This document shows, in pieces, positions 62,785 to 64,000 of a DNA stretch of 64,000 nt (positions are counted from its first letter, which is position 1; every line of letters begins with the position of its first letter). Made by a program: the position numbers and the translations under genes. The stretch is from the sequence record OU509535.1; one strand, written 5' to 3'. Under the pieces are notes generated by a model. The model was not told the origin of the DNA, searched no databases, and saw only the letters and a list, made by a program, of their open reading frames with translations.

Positions 62785-63699
62785 ATGTCTAAAAAAATTA
62801 ACGAAGCACAAGTTAAGATTGATATCATGAACTTAAATAGTTCAGATCTATCAACACTTGCTCGAATGATGGAACTTGCTGGACAAGCCGAACAAGGTGC
62901 AGTTCCAAGTACATATAGTTCTATTGGTGTACCAGGTAGTATTGCAGGTGCAGTCGATTCTATGGGTAATACTGAACCATCTGAAGTTGAAGTAGGTTAT
63001 GATGTTGATTCTGAACCAGATGTAAGTTCTTCTCTGGAAGTGGGTTCTGAGCCTGATGTTGATCCACTACAAAGTTCAATTGAAGAACTTGGCGGTATGA
63101 CTGATTTTGGTGCACAAGATGATGAACTAACTGATATCGACGTGGTAGAATCTGAAGAAATTGAAGACGAAGATGATATGATTGAAGAAGAGTTAAAACG
63201 TATGACTCAGTTATCTGGTATTGTCACTGAAGATGAAGATGTTGAAGTCGATTCCGATGATGATGATGACAAAGATGAATCAGATGATGATGTAGATCTC
63301 GATGAATCTCGCATTATTCCAGATCTAAGTCTAGAAGAAGATACCAGTGATGTTACTGAGTATGGTCCTTTTGATTCTGAACAAGATGCTATCCGTGATG
63401 CAAAATGGAAGACTAATGGAGAACTGGGTGATAACTTCAACGTAGATCAAAAAGAAGATGGTCATTTCTACTGGAGTCGTGTGATGCAAGAACAAGCGTT
63501 TAGTACTGAAGCAGATCCTGAATTAGTAGATACAGATGGTATTCAATATTCACGTCACCGTATGAAACCAAAATTTAATGGTGCTGCTCTCGGTGATAAC
63601 CCACTTCGTGAAGAAGAGCAAGAAGACGAAGAAACCGTTGATGATATCTTTGAAAGTCTACAAAAACGCTACACTGCTTTTGTTGGAGGTAAAAAATAA
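62785..63699 (+). CDS. Highly acidic hypothetical protein (possible head scaffold/core protein)
   Basis: 304 aa; long D/E tracts; lies in the late structural region. Confidence 0.7.
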   Translation: MSKKINEAQVKIDIMNLNSSDLSTLARMMELAGQAEQGAVPSTYSSIGVPGSIAGAVDSMGNTEPSEVEVGYDVDSEPDVSSSLEVGSEPDVDPLQSSIEELGGMTDFGAQDDELTDIDVVESEEIEDEDDMIEEELKRMTQLSGIVTEDEDVEVDSDDDDDKDESDDDVDLDESRIIPDLSLEEDTSDVTEYGPFDSEQDAIRDAKWKTNGELGDNFNVDQKEDGHFYWSRVMQEQAFSTEADPELVDTDGIQYSRHRMKPKFNGAALGDNPLREEEQEDEETVDDIFESLQKRYTAFVGGKK

Positions 63700-64000
63700 T
63701 GTTTGATTATCGTAAACTAATGGAAGCACTTGATGCTATTGAAAATGGTGAAGACGTGCAACAGGACAGTGCTCCAGCAGCGAAAGAGGATGTGGTGGGG
63801 CATCTCAAGGATATCACCAATTCAATTATCGACATTCTTGATAAACTACAAAGTGGTGATGCCGATATGAATGAGGTTTGTAAAGATTTGCAAAAAGCTA
63901 GTGACATTCTGTCAGCATTGGCATATAATGATTCTACTGATTCAGATGAAGAATCTGATACAACTGATGATACCAGTACTGATGAAGTAACAGAAGATGT
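63699..64000 (+). CDS. Acidic hypothetical protein, truncated by the window end
   Basis: GGAGG SD and TAATG coupling; open to the end of the window (MFDYRKLMEALDAIENG...). Confidence 0.7.
   Translation, partial: MFDYRKLMEALDAIENGEDVQQDSAPAAKEDVVGHLKDITNSIIDILDKLQSGDADMNEVCKDLQKASDILSALAYNDSTDSDEESDTTDDTSTDEVTED

Overview
A 64 kb segment of an AT-rich (about 30% GC) lytic jumbo myovirus of enterobacteria. It has T4-like structural genes and is inferred to belong to the GAP32/CBB/121Q/RaK2-type group. In order, it contains: (1) an anaerobic nucleotide operon, nrdD-grcA-DUF4326-nrdG, behind a perfect FNR box at -41.5; (2) a 27 kb array of nine receptor-binding (tail fibre/tailspike) genes built from shared N-terminal docking modules, plus two decayed gene relics; (3) a long run of small accessory genes, including a Pol-beta-type nucleotidyltransferase, a 2OG-Fe(II) oxygenase-like protein, an ACP-like protein, spanins, HNH, a Dps-like protein, thymidine kinase, a 2H phosphoesterase, a LysM-lysozyme, a CCA-adding enzyme, Nudix, glutaredoxin, a macrodomain and a Pth2-like protein; (4) a roughly 1 kb gene-free, promoter-driven, hairpin-rich region at 38.45-39.45 kb; (5) the start of the neck, sheath, tube and head-completion module. 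The most unusual signals are a genome-wide over-represented palindrome AGTACT (about 150 copies by eye versus about 20 expected), the candidate large structured ncRNA, the FNR-dependent promoter, and a three-helix terminator/antiterminator/RBS switch in the lysozyme leader. No tRNA, rRNA or CRISPR array was seen. All calls come from motif recognition by eye; no database searches were run.
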